Source of the DNA: Podospora anserina
Lineage: Eukaryota
Assembly (NCBI GenBank): GCA_017654855.1
Contig: CM030333.1
Location: 248,001-312,000, forward strand
Direction: 5' to 3'
DNA: 64,000 bases
Below the pieces are notes generated by a model. It did not search any database and was not told the origin of the DNA. It saw nothing but the letters and a program-made list of their open reading frames with translations. Numbering within the stretch: position 1 is the stretch's first letter; each line of letters begins with the position of its first letter. A program made the translations under genes and the position numbers. Positions 1 through 15,208 of this stretch are shown here, in pieces.

Positions 1-148
1 ATCACTCTCGTCACCTTATGATCACTTGGATCACCACGCTCCCGGCGCTCCCAGGCGCTCCACTTCCTATTTAGTTCCCGTAGCAATTAGTTAGGTACAT
101 CCCCTGCCCCACATACTATTTAACTTACCTATTGGCTTAACGGTAATA
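1..148 (-). repeat. Partial Gypsy LTR (U3 end), cut by window edge
   Basis: Reverse complement begins tattaccgttaagccaa, matching the LTR start at 9237 (tattacagttaagccaa; RIP of TGTCAC..); GC-rich with repeated gatcac motifs. Confidence 0.7.
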
Positions 149-799
149 AGTTTTGGTTTAATTTAAAAACCTAATAATATTAAAAACTTTAAGCTTTTCT
201 ATACGCCTATAAAGTTTCTTTTATAATATACTTAATTTAAAAAATTACTTTATTAAAGCTTTTATAAATCTATAGGGGATTTCCCTTTTTTAAATATATA
301 TAGTTTTAAATTTCTTATAGATTTAATATCAAACTTTAAAAAATTAACTAACTTTTAAAATTATTTCTTAATAGAAAACCCATGAAATTCTTAGAACCTT
401 CTTTCTATTATAAATTAATAATACTATAAACCTTTTTTACATTATAGTATAAATACTTTTGTAACTAAAATAATAAACTTTCTTTTCAATACTTTTAAAA
501 ACTTTAATACCTTTATTATTATTTATTAATATATTAATATAATAAGTAATATTATTATTGAAATTATGTTTTCCCATAATAAAATTTTAAATTTAATAAT
601 ATAGATATATAAGGTATTTTATTTTTAGGGTTTTAAAACCTAAAGTAATTTCTATATCTTTTGTAATTTTAACAGTATTTTTTCTTTTTTTCTTTATATT
701 TATTATCTTTAATATTTTTAACTTTTTTTTTTTTAACTTTTTTAACTTTACTCTATAGCCTTAAATAATATCTTCTCTATTCTCATAAATCATTCTTTA

Positions 800-992
800 A
801 ATACGCCGTGCTCGTCGCGCTATACCTTCGATTACCTCGAGCATCTTGTATCCTGCAGAGTGCTCGTGTGTCTTAGCGCCGTAGCACTTCTGGCCTATTC
901 CGACTTGCTACTTCCTAGCTCTCTTAATAAATAGCTGGGGGCGTCTCGCGCCCTACATACTATGCAACCTATCGTTAGGTTAACTTATGATA
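800..992 (-). repeat. Probable LTR U3 remnant
   Basis: GC-rich island; ggggcgtctcgcgccc resembles ggggcgccccgcgcccc in LTR 33482; ends ttatgata (RIP of TTGTGACA); conserved R/U5 half not seen; left boundary approximate. Confidence 0.4.
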
Positions 993-1000
993 ATATGTAA

Positions 1001-1560
1001 ATATTCTATAACCTGATATTTTATTAATTTAACCCCTATAAAAAAGCCCCCTATTTATGGAGATTTAATTAGCTAAGTTATTAAAAATAAATAGAATTAT
1101 TATAGAACTAGAATAATTAAAAGTAACGGGGAAAAATGAAGTTAATGAATTAGAGGTAATAAAATTATTGAAAAGAATTAATATATGAATATTTTGATTA
1201 TTCTATACTTTCTTACTTTAACTATTATAAAAAAGCCCTCTACTCGTAAGGACCTAGCTAGCGTGATCCCTATAAGTAAAGCAATATTATTATGTAGTTG
1301 AAAATTTTTAAATAAATAAGATAATTAAAATAAAGATAAAATCCTAGATTTAAATATACTAAAACGGAAAAGTATAATTGTAAAATAAGATAAAGTTAAT
1401 GGGAAAAAATAGAATTAATTATTTTTAAATAATATTAGTAATGTTTATAGAAATTAATGTATAAATATTTTATAACCCCTAAATCTCTATACTTTAACCT
1501 CCATATTAAAGCTATTTCTTTATAAAAACCCAAGCAATTAAGTTTATATAAATAAAAGTT
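1001..1560 (+). repeat. Three degenerate tandem copies of an unresolved background repeat
   Basis: Units starting aatatt.. at about 1001, 1188 and 1465 with shared ..aaaaagccc..(g)gacct.gct.. motif; related to 5047-5111, ~8640, ~18590, ~61505. Confidence 0.5.
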
Positions 1561-2065
1561 AGTTATAAATATATAATTTATTTGTTTAGCTTCTAAGAAT
1601 TTTTAATTTACATAGATAATTCCTTTAATATTAGAACCTTTATAGGTTTAATAGTAAGAAGTTTAGTTTATTAATATACAAATAAATCTATCTTCATAAC
1701 TAACTACTTTATTCCTAATATTAAGACTAGCTTTATAAAGCAATTGATTAATCGGTAAAGTCCTCTTCTCATATTCTTTCAACTTCTTTCTCAATAACTT
1801 TAATATAATAAAAAAAGCTTTAGACTTCCTTTTTAGTAATTTTATATATTAAATATTTTTAATAAATAAAATATGGTATATTAATTTTAAAGAGTTTTTA
1901 ATAAAAGATTTATTTTATAAAGTAATGTATAAGTAATTTATAAAAAAGACCTTAGTATTATAATATAATAAAGACCTTTATTTAGAGTCTATTATAGAGG
2001 TAGTCTTTAATTAATTATCCTAAAACTTTATAAAAAATAAATATAAGCTTTAATTAAAGATCTAG

Positions 2066-2457
2066 CGTTACGTTCTTGAATGTGGATTTTTGGCGGTGTC
2101 GGCCAATCAGAAGGAAGAAGGAGATAGCTAATTAGAGGAATAAAAATCAAACCTACTAAAAGGATTATTAAATTAAAGATATAATCCGAAAAGTAGGATT
2201 ATTGGATTATTATAATAAACTAACGATCCGGCTCTAAGGATTATTAGAGGAGGATAATAATCCTAAGGGACGGTAGTCTATATACACGGAGGAACTAGAT
2301 AGCTTATAGATACTTCCGCAGTATGCAATGCAAGTTACATTCGTTGGTATTAGACTATTGTGACTGAGATAAGCCATTATTGTGCACTGAACCAATTATC
2401 TAAAAGTACCTCTAACTAAGTATCCCTTTCAGATGTTATAGATGGGGGTCCGTCATA
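2066..2457 (+). repeat. Solo Gypsy LTR (GGATYAT-type U3)
   Basis: Conserved R/U5 block tctata..cggaggaact..ttccgcagtatgcaa..tatccctttcag..cgtcata; flanks tctag/tttac are only a partial TSD. Confidence 0.8.
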
Positions 2458-5400
2458 TTTACTTAAAAATCTTATTAAAAATACCATTTAAAAGTGACCT
2501 AGGGGTATTACTCTCTAATTAACCGCTATAAGCTTACTAGAGTTATCGTAAAATAAATTTAAAGCCTTTACTAAATAGTATAGTATTGAATAATTAAGAG
2601 ATAGAAAAAATTCTTTTATAATATATTTTGGTAATATATATTATTATAGTATAGGTATTATAAAATATATATAAATTAACTTGTTTAACTTAGTTATTAG
2701 CAGTAATATATAGGTAAATCTATTCTTATTTTTCAAGAAAACCTTAAAACTTATAATCCAGGTTTTTCATTTATAAATTAATACCCGAATAAAATAGATA
2801 TACCCAAAAGGTCTTTTTTAATATCAAAATTAATTAATATAAATAATTAATAATATATTTATTGTAAATCTAAGTATATTTAACAATTAGTATTGAAAAT
2901 TAATTAAAGTCCGTAGTTTATTCTAGCCTAAATAAATAACTATTTCGGTTTTAATTACTTTATTAAAGGCTTCAAAATATATTTCTTTCTCCTAAAATAG
3001 CGCTAATAACCTATCATACAATAAAAGAAACTATTAAATTAAGAATATTCTTTTAAACTTATTTATAATAATTTTTAGTAAGAACTATTCTTGTATTTCT
3101 ATGTAATATAGTATTATTGGAATTATAATGCTTAAACTTTATTATTATTATTTATGAATTTATTTTTAAAACTAACTGTATTACTAAAATTTTTTTAAAT
3201 AAGTATCCTACTTAATAAATATAATTCTTAAACAACTAATATAAAGAAACGTATTATTTATTATTAAAAGTTTGGTTTTATTTAATTGTTTAATTACTTT
3301 ATAATACTTTCGAAAGTAATAAAGAAATATGATAAGAATTATTAAGCGAATTATAAAACCTTTACTTTTCTTTAGTAAAGTATCTATTAATATATTTTTA
3401 ATATTATGATAATGTATGAAATAGAAATGATAATAAAATGTTTTTTTAATTTTATTTATATACTTCTATATAAAAAATATTTATTTGAAAATTATTCTTT
3501 CATTTTATGATCCTTTTATTAAAATAAATAAAGTACGTTATAATTCTATAAATTCTAGTTATTACTTTTTAAATCTAGTTACAAGGACTAACTAATTAAA
3601 ATCGTTATAAATAAAAGGCTCCTCTATAGAGTAATGACTTTTAAAGTTATAAGTCTATTTATATATTAACCTCTTAAGTATGTTGGATAACCTTGAATTT
3701 CAAACTACTAATACTTTTCGCTACTATTTTTACATTATTTTGAAATCTTTCTTTACTATTTTTATTTAAAGTAATTACCTTTATATTTTATTAACCTACT
3801 CTGTAAGCATGTAATACCTCCGTTTAATTATATAAACCTTAGCCTATTAATTATATTCAAATTTATACTTTTAATTACTTACTCTTTTTTAATTTTATTT
3901 AATATTCAAGAGAAATTTATTTTACCTATAAAATAAAGCTTAATACTTTAAGCGTAAATATATTCAATTTATTTTCGATAACTAGTAGTTTATTAATGAT
4001 CATAAAAAATATTAAAATAAAAAATTAAATTATTAAAATCATTTTTTAGGTTTTAATAAAAGGTTTTTAATATAATGGAAATACAGACTATTTAATTAAT
4101 ACATAGTAGATAGTTAGTTTAATAAGTTATTATATTTGTTGAATCTTAATCTAATAATTTATTATATTTTAGTACTTTTTAATAGATTAAAAAAAAGAAT
4201 TTTGCAAAAGGAACGCTAACTTTATTTAGACCTTCATAAGTCTTTTTTTTAAAGATTTAGTTTTTTATATAATATAATAAATAAAAATATTACTAAAATA
4301 TTCTAAATTATATTTCCGGAGTATTCTATAAGCTTTCTTTATAAAGACTTTATACTTAAATCATCACTTTAAATTATTTTAAAAAGGAAGTTAAAATAAT
4401 TTGAATTATAAATATTTACTTAATATTTATTTATAATTAGTCTGTTAAAAAATAAAATAGTGTAGTTTTTGAATTATGTAGACCAGTTATTGTTTATACT
4501 ATAATAATAATATATATATACTATAATAATAATATATATATACTTTAATGTAGTATCTAAGATACTAAAATTTAATTTTATAATAAATAGTAAGCTTTTT
4601 AAAATATTTAATAAACAGTAGTAGTATTTCAATATTGTTTTAATGTATAATAATTTAATTAACTAAATACTTATAAATAGAAGACCCGCTTTGTAAGGCG
4701 GATTCTTGGGCCTATAAATATATCTATATTTCATTACTTATTTATTTATAATATTAGGAAGTTATAATGTAAGGAGATAAGATATAGGGATTAATTTATT
4801 TTTTTAATAATTAAGATTTTCGAATATAAAGGAGATAAAGGCTTATGATTAAATATTCCTGTAATATTTATTTAATAAGTTATTATATATTTTCTTACTA
4901 CTAGTTAAATAGCTTTTATATTTTATTAATTTTTAATAAAGCTAAAATAGACTTTGCAATATTCTTTTAAAATACTAAATCATATTACGTTTGTTTGGGG
5001 CTTTATAAATCTCTTATTTTTTAACTTTTTATTTTATTTTAATATAGTAAAGAAAGCTCTACTTATAGGGACTAAGATAACTAAGTCCCTACAGGCAGTG
5101 GGCTTCTTTACAGGAGTCAAGGTCAAGGTAAAGAAGTCCGAGGTTGTAAGATATCTACGCACTAATTTCTGTATATATCTTCGCTACCTTCGACAATCAA
5201 TTAACTACCCTTCCGCCCTCTTTGGAGGTGTAAATTCCACCTCTAATTTAACTATTTTATCTATTCAAGTTATATAGTACTATTAACGAGTTTTTTTATA
5301 CCTTCGAGTTTCTTATAAACTTCTTCGACCTACACTTTCTATTTAAAAACTAATTCAGGCCTAAAGTATATTAAAACTATTAATATAATTCTTATTTAAT

Positions 5401-8400
5401 AAGGAATTAAGATATACTTAAATGTAGATATGAATTCAATAATTATTAATAGCCGGCTTTTTAAAAGCTAGGATAATATAGCTTTTGGATTATAAAGGGT
5501 ATTTAATTTTTATAGTATAACAGAAATCAATATACCTTTTAAAATAATATAGTATTTAATATACTAGAATTTAAGTTAATAATATATTATATCCTTTATT
5601 ATTATTTATTAGTTAATAAGTTTATATTAGTATTATATTTTATTTACTTTAAAGTTACAAACTATGTAGTTATGTTAGTAAACCTTTTAAAAATTTTAAA
5701 GTCTTTCTAAGTTTCTTAAAACTATACTTTTGATTTAGTTATAAACTTAAATGTAAAGTTAAAGTATTTCAAAATTATTAATTTAAGTTCTACTAAAGGT
5801 AAAAACTTAAAGTATATTTTAATACTAAATATTTATTTAATATTTACAAATAATTAAACCTTCAAAAATTAAAACAAAAAGGGTAAAAATTACATAGGTT
5901 ATTGAAATTTGATTATATAGTAAAAATAATTATAGTTTATAATATATAGTTTTTACGATCCTAAAATCTCACGTTATAATAAGTGAAAAGCTTTTTGATA
6001 CTTAGTAAAGAATAATTATATTTCAATATTCTATTTTTTCAATATTTATTTATTTGTTTATTATACTAAGTAGTTTTTATATAATAGAAAAATAGTTTTT
6101 TATAGTTTTTTAATAGTATAAGTTTCTATTATATTGGTTTATTTTAGCCCTTTATTATTAGTACCAACTTTATTATTTTAATAATAAGTGGAGTTATTAT
6201 TCCTTTTTTCTATATTGGGCCACGGCTGTTTCTATAATAAAGAAAATAATATATTTTATATTAATAATATAACCCATGAATCTTAATTTCACAAATTATT
6301 TCCTTTATTATACTTTTACGTAATAGAAAAGTAGTATTTATATATATAGTATTTCTAAAGGCCTATATAATACTACTATTTAAAGCAATCTTAATCTTTT
6401 ATTATACGTATTTGCTTTATTATTTTGGTTATGTATAAGTATTATTATACCAGTTTCTTAAATGTATACTCCAGTACTCTTTATTAAACCTATTTAAAAT
6501 AATACATAGGGTATTAATTAAAAGAATATTTAATTTTAAACTTAGTATAAACGTAGCTGTGAAAAAATTATATAAATTATATTGTAAAGTATCTTTCTAT
6601 AAATAGTATTAATATAAAATATATTAAAGGTTCCAAATTTTAAAAGCTAAATAATATACAAAATAAGTTGGGTAGAAAAAAAACCGCCGTATTATATCGT
6701 AATAAGTAGGAATAGTAGCCTTGCTTAATATTAAAACGATAAAAAATAATATTAATAATAGGAGATTAAAATAGCCACGAGTGATAATACTACGAACGTT
6801 TATAAAAACTATATAAAACATTTAGTTCCGTATTTTACAAGTAAATCCTTACGATAATAATATATTAAATTAATATAATTCTATTTTAAATACATACAGA
6901 AGTATTTATTTATTATAAGATTTAATTTCAATTTATTAAGTTCTATACTAGTTTAAATTCAATACTTTATTCAGAACTATATTTATCTCTATTAAATTAT
7001 AAAAACCAAACAGTTTCTATAATTTTAAAATTTTATTATTTTAATTTTTAAGAAATTAATTCTTTATGCTTATTAGATAAATGTTTATAGTTAAAATATA
7101 TATCAACCTTTTATTTTCGGTAAAATTTACATTAAGAATTCTACTATATTTTAGTTTTAAATTACTAATTTAGAAAGTATTTTAAAAAAGATTATGAATA
7201 GTACTATATAATTTAATACTTTTCAATAAATAAAATAATTAAATTAGGTATGAAATTTTTATTTTAACTAAAACAAAAATGTTTATATAATATTACAATA
7301 GGATAAACTAAAATAATGTTTTAATTTCAATCTTATTAAATAATATATAAGTTTTTAAAACATGTCCCCAGGTATCATATAAAAGTAAAAGGAGTAACTA
7401 TATTTATAGATAGTTATTAAATTTAAAAAGTATAATGGGCCTAAACAGAATTGTTTATTTATAGGTAGCCCTTTATATTACTTTTTCCTCTAATTAAAAA
7501 TATATTATTAAAGCCTTAGAGTTGTGTATGTTTCATATTTTTATCTTTAAGCGTTGTGTAATATTACCTATATAGCTAAACCTTTGAATGCTTTTTTCTA
7601 TTACCCTCTTATTTAATTTAATAATTTAATAGTAATACCTCTATAGCTAAAGCTATAATTAGAGGTTTAGTTATTAAATCCTATGCTTTACTATATTTTC
7701 TTACCTAAATCCTCCATTTAGTTTTTAATACTTTCTATAATATTATTACAAATTATTACACAATATTTTAATTACCGTAATATAAATACTATACTATATA
7801 CTAATTACATAAATATAATTAACGTCCCTACTTTTAAAGGAAAGATAGCGATTATTTAGAACCTTCCAATACCCCTCCTGAAAATAACTTTAATAAATAT
7901 AATTTTAGTTAAGTAAGATATTAAGGGATTTGTATGGTAATAGGCACGCGTAGGTAAATAGTGTAAGCCAATAGCATGTGGTCTAAGTGAGTTGAATTAA
8001 GTTAAATGAGGAAGACAAAGAAGAGATTCCGGGGGTAGTATCTATATGATGTGCGGTATGTGATCCCGCCCGTCGTTACCTAACATACTATGAATCTTAG
8101 CATATTATATAATATATTAATATTAGTAGATTTGGAAGTACTCTATTAATAAAGGTAAGGTTATATAAAGTTAGAAAAAGTTAATATTGATACAGTAAAA
8201 TCAATATGGTTCCCTATTAAATATTAAAAATGTTATTTATTATAAAATCAAACTCCAGCGTATGAAATAGGATACCATAAAAAGAATTATCTCTATTTCT
8301 ATTAAACTATAAAAAGCTATATAACTTATATAGTTAATAAATTATATCACCTTAGAATACTAGTTATTAATACTCATTAAGTATATATTAGTAATTAAAA

Positions 8401-9236
8401 TACATTTAACTTTAGCTTCAATATATTTCACCGCTAAGTTACTTATTAAAAACAAAGTATAGTTCAAAAAAAGTAGATACAGAAGTTGGACATATTGAAA
8501 AGTCCTAAATAAATAAAATAACAAAAATTAAAATAAGAAGTATAGTACCAGAATAATATAAAATTAAAACTAAAAAATATTGTTTTAGAAAATCGATATA
8601 TATAGGTCCTATAATGGTAGACCCTTTACGTAAACGTTTATAAAAGAGGCCTCATACTTATAAAGACATGGCTAGTTAAATCCTTATTAGTAAATATTTT
8701 ATCAAATAAAATTCCTATAATTAAAAAGCATAAATGAAAATATTTATATAAATTAAAAAAATACTCTTCGATATAAGGAAATCTTAATAAAATATAACAA
8801 TTCACTATTACTATATTATTCAGTCAATGTATACTCATAATACAAAGGATAAAAATAATATATAACAATATCAAAAAATAATAAAAGCTACCCTTAATCC
8901 AATTAAGCTAGAATTAAAAATAATTCACATAAAATTAATTAAATATCACATATTAAATGGTTTCATTATTTTATTAATTTCGTTATTGAATACTAATGTT
9001 ATATCAATTGAAAAATAATAGATTAGTCTTTATAAAATCCAAAAACTTTGTGGTATATAAATAGAAGTTTATAAATAGAAAATCAATAAAGTTTAAAGAG
9101 TTTTGTTAACCTATAAAAACACTAGTAGAATCTTATTAAAAGAATTCCATAATATATGTAGTATATATGTCAAAAATTTATACTTAATTTAAAAGAATCT
9201 TTCCTTTTTATTATTTAAGTTAATAAACTTTTAGGT

Positions 9237-9509
9237 TATTACAGTTAAGCCAACGGGCAAGGGCGGACCGTGTACGGGGTACGACACGCACATCCAATCG
9301 CTAACAGAACCAATTAGGACCGAAGGAACTAGATAATATAAATAAATAGTTCCGTAGTATATAATATAAATTATAATAACTAATATTTAAACTATTATAA
9401 TTAAAATAAACTATTTATTATATACTAATTAGCTATACCGAACTAATATTATTCAGAAATACCTTTAATTAGTATCCCTTTTAGAGGTTCTAATTAGGGG
9501 TTCGTTACA
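9237..9509 (+). repeat. 5' LTR with internal deletion
   Basis: tattacagttaagcc...ggggttcgttaca; 273 bp versus 405 bp for the 3' LTR; motif array and TATA missing. Confidence 0.85.
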
Positions 9510-9566
9510 CGTTATATACTTACTTTCACTTTATTATAGATAAATTAAAAGCTTTTTGTTACTATT

Positions 9567-12500
9567 ATAGCCGGATATAAAAGTATTTAAATAAACAGCT
9601 CACCCCTAGCCTAAGTAACAACAGGCCTTCTACTATCATAACTATATTTAAGATTATACTCGCGGAATAGTTTATTAAACCTATTAAAGAACTTAAAAAT
9701 AAAGTTTAAGAAATCTAAAATTAAATTATTACTATAATAATTGTATTTAAATCGATATTTAGGTTCCCAGTACCGGAATACTATAGAAGAGGAAAAATAA
9801 AATTTAAGTAGTTTGTAATTGAGTTTAAACCCTATTTTTAATACTACTTAAATTAATTTATTAATAAAAAATCAAAAACGATTTCTATAGTAATTGAACT
9901 TAAAAATTAAGCTTTAATATAATTCTAACCTATCTTTAACAATTATTACGCGGAAGAGGAGAAAGATTAGAAAAGGATTATAGTTTAGTACTTAAAAAGT
10001 ATTATATTTTTAAAGTTAAGTTTAGAAAAGTATTTAAGGAATATAATAAAGTAAAGCGTCCGTAAAAAAGGTTCATAAACCTACGTTAAATACGCTTATT
10101 AACGAATTACGTAGCTTAATTTAAAATCACTAGTATATATAATACTATTAATGATAAAGGATTAATATAACTCTTTTATAACAGCTTTTAAAAACGGTAA
10201 AGGATAAATTATATACAAAGTCGGGGTTTAATATTATTAATATATATATATCAATAATCTTACAAACCGACGATAAATGATTCTAGCGGTATATAGAGAA
10301 AAGAAATAACAATAAGAGATACTATAGTATATTTATTTTAATAATAGAGATAAATAACACTACTTTAGTATTAATTACTCTGGTACTATATATGTAAAGC
10401 GATAAAAACTAACGTTATATAGTAATGAAGGCTATAAGATTGGGGTTAAAGTAAAAGTAACCTTAAGTATTTTAATTACGGTAAAGTAAAGTGCTTTAAA
10501 AAAAATTATAAAGTATTTAAACGATTCGGTTAGAAAAAGGGGATTACGGTAATTATTATATTAGAAAGACCGAGCGTTATAGAGATTGTAATTATTGGAT
10601 ATTAGTAAGGAAAGTTTCGAATATCGTGGAAAATTCTAGTGAATATACTAAAGAAAAGGAAGTAAAGCTCTAGGAGTTAGGATATACGAAAAAAGTAAAG
10701 TATAAAGTATAAGGAAAAATGTTTTTAAATATAAATGTTATAAAATTAACCAATATAAATTATTAAGGAAATTATTATAGAGGTTATCAAAAATATTAAC
10801 CCTACAGAATAAAAAAGATTTACCTAATAAACGATACTAAATTAATAATGTAAATGATATAGGATAATCCGCGTATAATAAATACTATAACCTTAAAAGT
10901 TTATATATAAAGATTAAAAGGAATATTAAGAAAATATGAAAGTTATTAATATTAGGATTACGAAATAGTTAAAATAAAATGTTTTAATTATATAATATAT
11001 ACCCTATAAAGAGGATATAGTATAACTCTATCCTAAATATCTAGAATATTAAAAAATACTTGAATTTAAATAGAAGATATAGAGAAATATAATACACTAT
11101 TAAAGTATATTATTATACGGTTATTGGCCGGTATATAAATTAAATAAGAAAGGTAAATATTAAATAGGTATGAGAAAAATAATTGACTAGAAACATTCTA
11201 AGAAAACATAAACAATTACTTTCTATAGAGAATTTAAAAGTTAATTAGACAAAAAAAATAATCTTTAAGTAATATAGTTTATATTTAATTATATTAAATA
11301 CCATTTCGAATCCATACAAAACCGAAAATTCTTTTTTAGTTTTATAGGGAAAAATAATACCTACATAATATTTAAGCCTGGACTATATATCATGTTTACG
11401 AAACAAAGTTCAGCAATTCCATTCACTAAAGGAGTTTAAAGAAATGAATAAGTAGCGGAACCGCTACTAAATATAGGAACGATAAGATATAAAGAAAGTT
11501 AAAAACGGAAAAAAAAAAGAAATTAAACAAAATTAATTAGAAATATTTCCGTTAAAAGATAATCAGGAATAGAAAAATACTTTTCAATAATATAATTATT
11601 TAAAAACCGATTCGCGGTCTTTCGCGGGAGCCAGTAATCTCTAATATATTACAAAAAGAAGCGTTAAAAGTATCGGCGTAAAGAGAAAGTATAAAATACT
11701 AACGCGATATTTATTAAAGAAGTTACTACTATATAAAAAAGAAGTAAGAAAAATAATTATTTTCAATTTATAATACATTAAAAATATATTTAAGCGGTTT
11801 AAGATAAAGCTAATTTTGTTTTAATTTATATATTAGGTTAAGATAGTATAAAAAATTAATTGTAATACAAGGACTATTCTTAACATAAAACCTCTTTAGA
11901 GAAATTTTACTTTTAAATATTATAATTAAAAGGAAAAGAATTTTAATTATGTTTAATATTATAAATATAAGACCCTCGAAAAATATAATTATAGAGTAAT
12001 TATAATATAAAGACTATTACTTAGATATTAATTAGAGGAATAGTAGCTACTTACGATTAAAAGAACCTTTAAAATATCTAATTAACGATAGGAGATTAGG
12101 AGTATATATAAAGGAAAATATAGGATAAATACTTTTTACGGTACTACTATAAGGAGCTTAAAAAGTAATAGTATAATTTATTAACATTAGTAATAAGATT
12201 AAAGCAGTAAGGTTTATAAATATACCGACTATAATAATATAAAGAAAAGTAATAAAAAAGTAATACTGTCAGAATATCGAGGATACCTAACTTTTATAAT
12301 TAGGTATTTAAAAGGACTTTTAGAGTAGAAACCATAGAACTACAAAATTAAACTAAAAGAAGGAATTAAATTACAGTTATTCAAAGTCTACTATATTAAC
12401 GATAATTAAACTAAAGAATCATAAAAGTACATAAATAAAAATTAAAAAAGAGAATATATTAAAGAGTTGTTATTACTAATATAATACTCCGTATTTTTTA

Positions 12501-15160
12501 GACCGAAAAAAGATGGTGGCTTATAACTATATATAGATTATTATTAGTTAAATAACGAGACGGTAAAAAATAAATACTCGCTAATATTAATATTTAAATT
12601 ACGGAATTAATTAATTAGGGCGTAATATTTATACGCCTAAATATATTTGTTAGGTGCGTTTATATACGAATTAAAGAAAGGGATAAATAGAAAATAGCCT
12701 TCAATAAACTTTATAGTTATTTTAAATATCTGGTAATATTATTCCAGTTAATTAATACGCCCGTAACGTTTTAATCTTTCGTTAATTATATAATTAAAAT
12801 ATACCCCGATAAAATAGTAATATACTATCTTAATAATATTTTTATTTACTTACGTAATTTAAAGAAATATAAATATATATAGGAAATATTTAACGTAGTA
12901 TATAAAGCCGGACTTATTGTTAATATGGGAAGGAGCGAGTTCCATAAGTGAAAGATAATATATTTAGAATATTTAATATTATTAAATAAGCTTTGGATAA
13001 AACTTAAAAAGATTAAAGTAGTTAAAGACTAATCTATGCTATAATTATAAATATACGTTAGAAAATTCCTAAAGTTTATAAATTTCTATTCAATATTTAT
13101 CCGGGGGTACGTAAAAATTACGTAGCTATTTAACTACTTAATTGAAAAAAATATAAGGTTCCGGTAAGGGTAGGAAAAAGAGTACGCTATGTAGGAACTA
13201 AAGGAAACTATTTTAAGGGACCCGGTATTTAAATTACTAAACTTTAATTAACCGTTTTAAGTCGAGGTTAATATATTAAATTACACGATCAGAGGATAAT
13301 TAAGGTAGCGAGACGACGATAGAAAACTATACCCGGTAATTCTTTTTAAAAGGAATTAGAGGGGGTACGTTAAAACTATCTAATTTACAATAAGGAATTA
13401 CTTACTATTATTAAAGTATTTAAAAAGTAAACGCTATATTTAGTGATATTAACTACGAAATATAACTCTGTATAGATTATAAAAACCTGAAATATTTTAT
13501 TATTACGAAGGTTTTTAATATATAAGAAATATAATAATTACAGTTTTTTTCGGAGTTTAACTTTTAAATTAATATAAAAAGGGTTTGGAAAAGACTAAAG
13601 TAAACGCGTTTAACTAGCGAGCCAACTACTATAAAAATATATCTAAGGAATTACTATTATTACCCAACAAAATGATAAAAGGTACTTTTAATTATCTATT
13701 ATAATTATAAATTAAGTATTATATGATATACTATAAATAAGTTACTTTTAATAGAGATTAAAGGAAGCTAAATAACGATATTACGGAGTCATATTGGTAA
13801 GAAAAATTAAAGCCGTAAGGTATTTAAAGAGATAATTAAAAAAGATTATAATATAAAAATCGAACGTACCTAAAACTAAGTAATAAAATAGTATTATTAA
13901 TAGAAGTAAATAGGTCGAAGCTTAAAAGATATATAAATATCGTAAAGACTTTAGAAAGAATTAAATAATACTTTAATTAATTAAAGATTTAAAATAACGT
14001 TAAAAAAGTTATTTAGCTATATTATATAGATTAAAAATAAGGCTTATAAAGTATAAGCCTCAAAGATTTTCAAAGCTATTATTAGTAACGGAACGATTAT
14101 AAAGTCTAATTAATAGACTTTATAAATATGGAAAAATATAGTAACTAGCGTTAAATACAATAACATATTAACGGTAGTCGATAAACTTACTTAATAGGTA
14201 CACTTTTTACTTTATAAAGAGACCGAATCGGTAACGTCATTAACGGATATAGTATTATAATATATCATAGTAATATATATATATATATATATAAATAAAA
14301 GAGTTGATTACGGACGATAATATTAATTTTATATTAAAGCTTTAAAGAACATTAATAATAAAGTTAAGGGTAGTAAGTAAAGCGTCTTCGGCCTACTACC
14401 CTTAAATAAACGGTTAGATGGAACGGCTTAACTAAATCGTAAAATAATACTTACGGAGTTATATTATTTTCGAGTAAAACGATTAGGTTAAACTATTATT
14501 AAGAATATAATTAATATATAATATATTATTAATAAGAATATTTAATATTACGCCGGTTTTCGTAACCTTTCAATATAAAGTAAACCTACGGTAGAGACTT
14601 AGTATTAAGGTACTTAGGGCTAGTGTTAAAGTAAATAAGTTTTATATATTCTAGAATAAACTGAAAAAGGAATTAGAGATGATAAAAGAAAGAATGCGTA
14701 AATGTTATAATATTAAAAGGCTCGAGGGACTTCGTTTTAAAGGAGGGGATATAGTATTCTTTTCTATACGTAATTTACGTATTAAGAGACAGTAAAAAGC
14801 TAGACTCTAAAAAAATAAGCTTATTTAATATTAAAAGAAACATATCAGAGATACTATTCAAATTGAAGCTACTTAGTATAATACGTTACGGTTATATACT
14901 TTTTATATCTCACTTTCAAAACCCGTACTACCAGTAAATAAAGCTAATATATAGGAAGTGGTAAAGAATAAAGAAAAAAAATATAATATTAAAAAATATT
15001 AAAGTTTTGGTTTGATAAAGGTTAATTAGAATATTTACTTAATTAATTAAAATGCTTAGCTATAAAAATCTTCTAACAATTAACGGTAAACTTTAATCAT
15101 TTAAAAAAGCTAAAGAATTTTATTAGTAATACTTAAACTAATTAAAACTAATATAAATAA
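9567..15160 (+). pseudogene. gag-pol relic (capsid, Zn knuckle, PR, RT, RNase H, IN, chromodomain)
   Basis: Colinear with 53093-58641, e.g. ccgaaaaaagatggtggctta (PKKDGGL) and gcctactacccttaaataaacggttagatggaacgg (AYHPQ.DGQ.ER after de-RIP); end approximate. Confidence 0.85.
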
Positions 15161-15208
15161 AAAACTATATTAAGATTCTCGAAGAAATCGAAAATCCTAA
15201 TACACTAA

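Noticed and set aside
4681-4707. GC hairpin as Helitron end or terminator
   Set aside because: Imperfect, no clear CTRR end or Helitron coding relic nearby
4954-5277. 107-aa ORF
   Set aside because: TTG start, no recognisable domain, spans the hairpin repeat in decayed DNA
6624-6821. 65-aa hydrophobic ORF
   Set aside because: F/I/L/Y bias expected from AT-rich RIP sequence; no domain recognised
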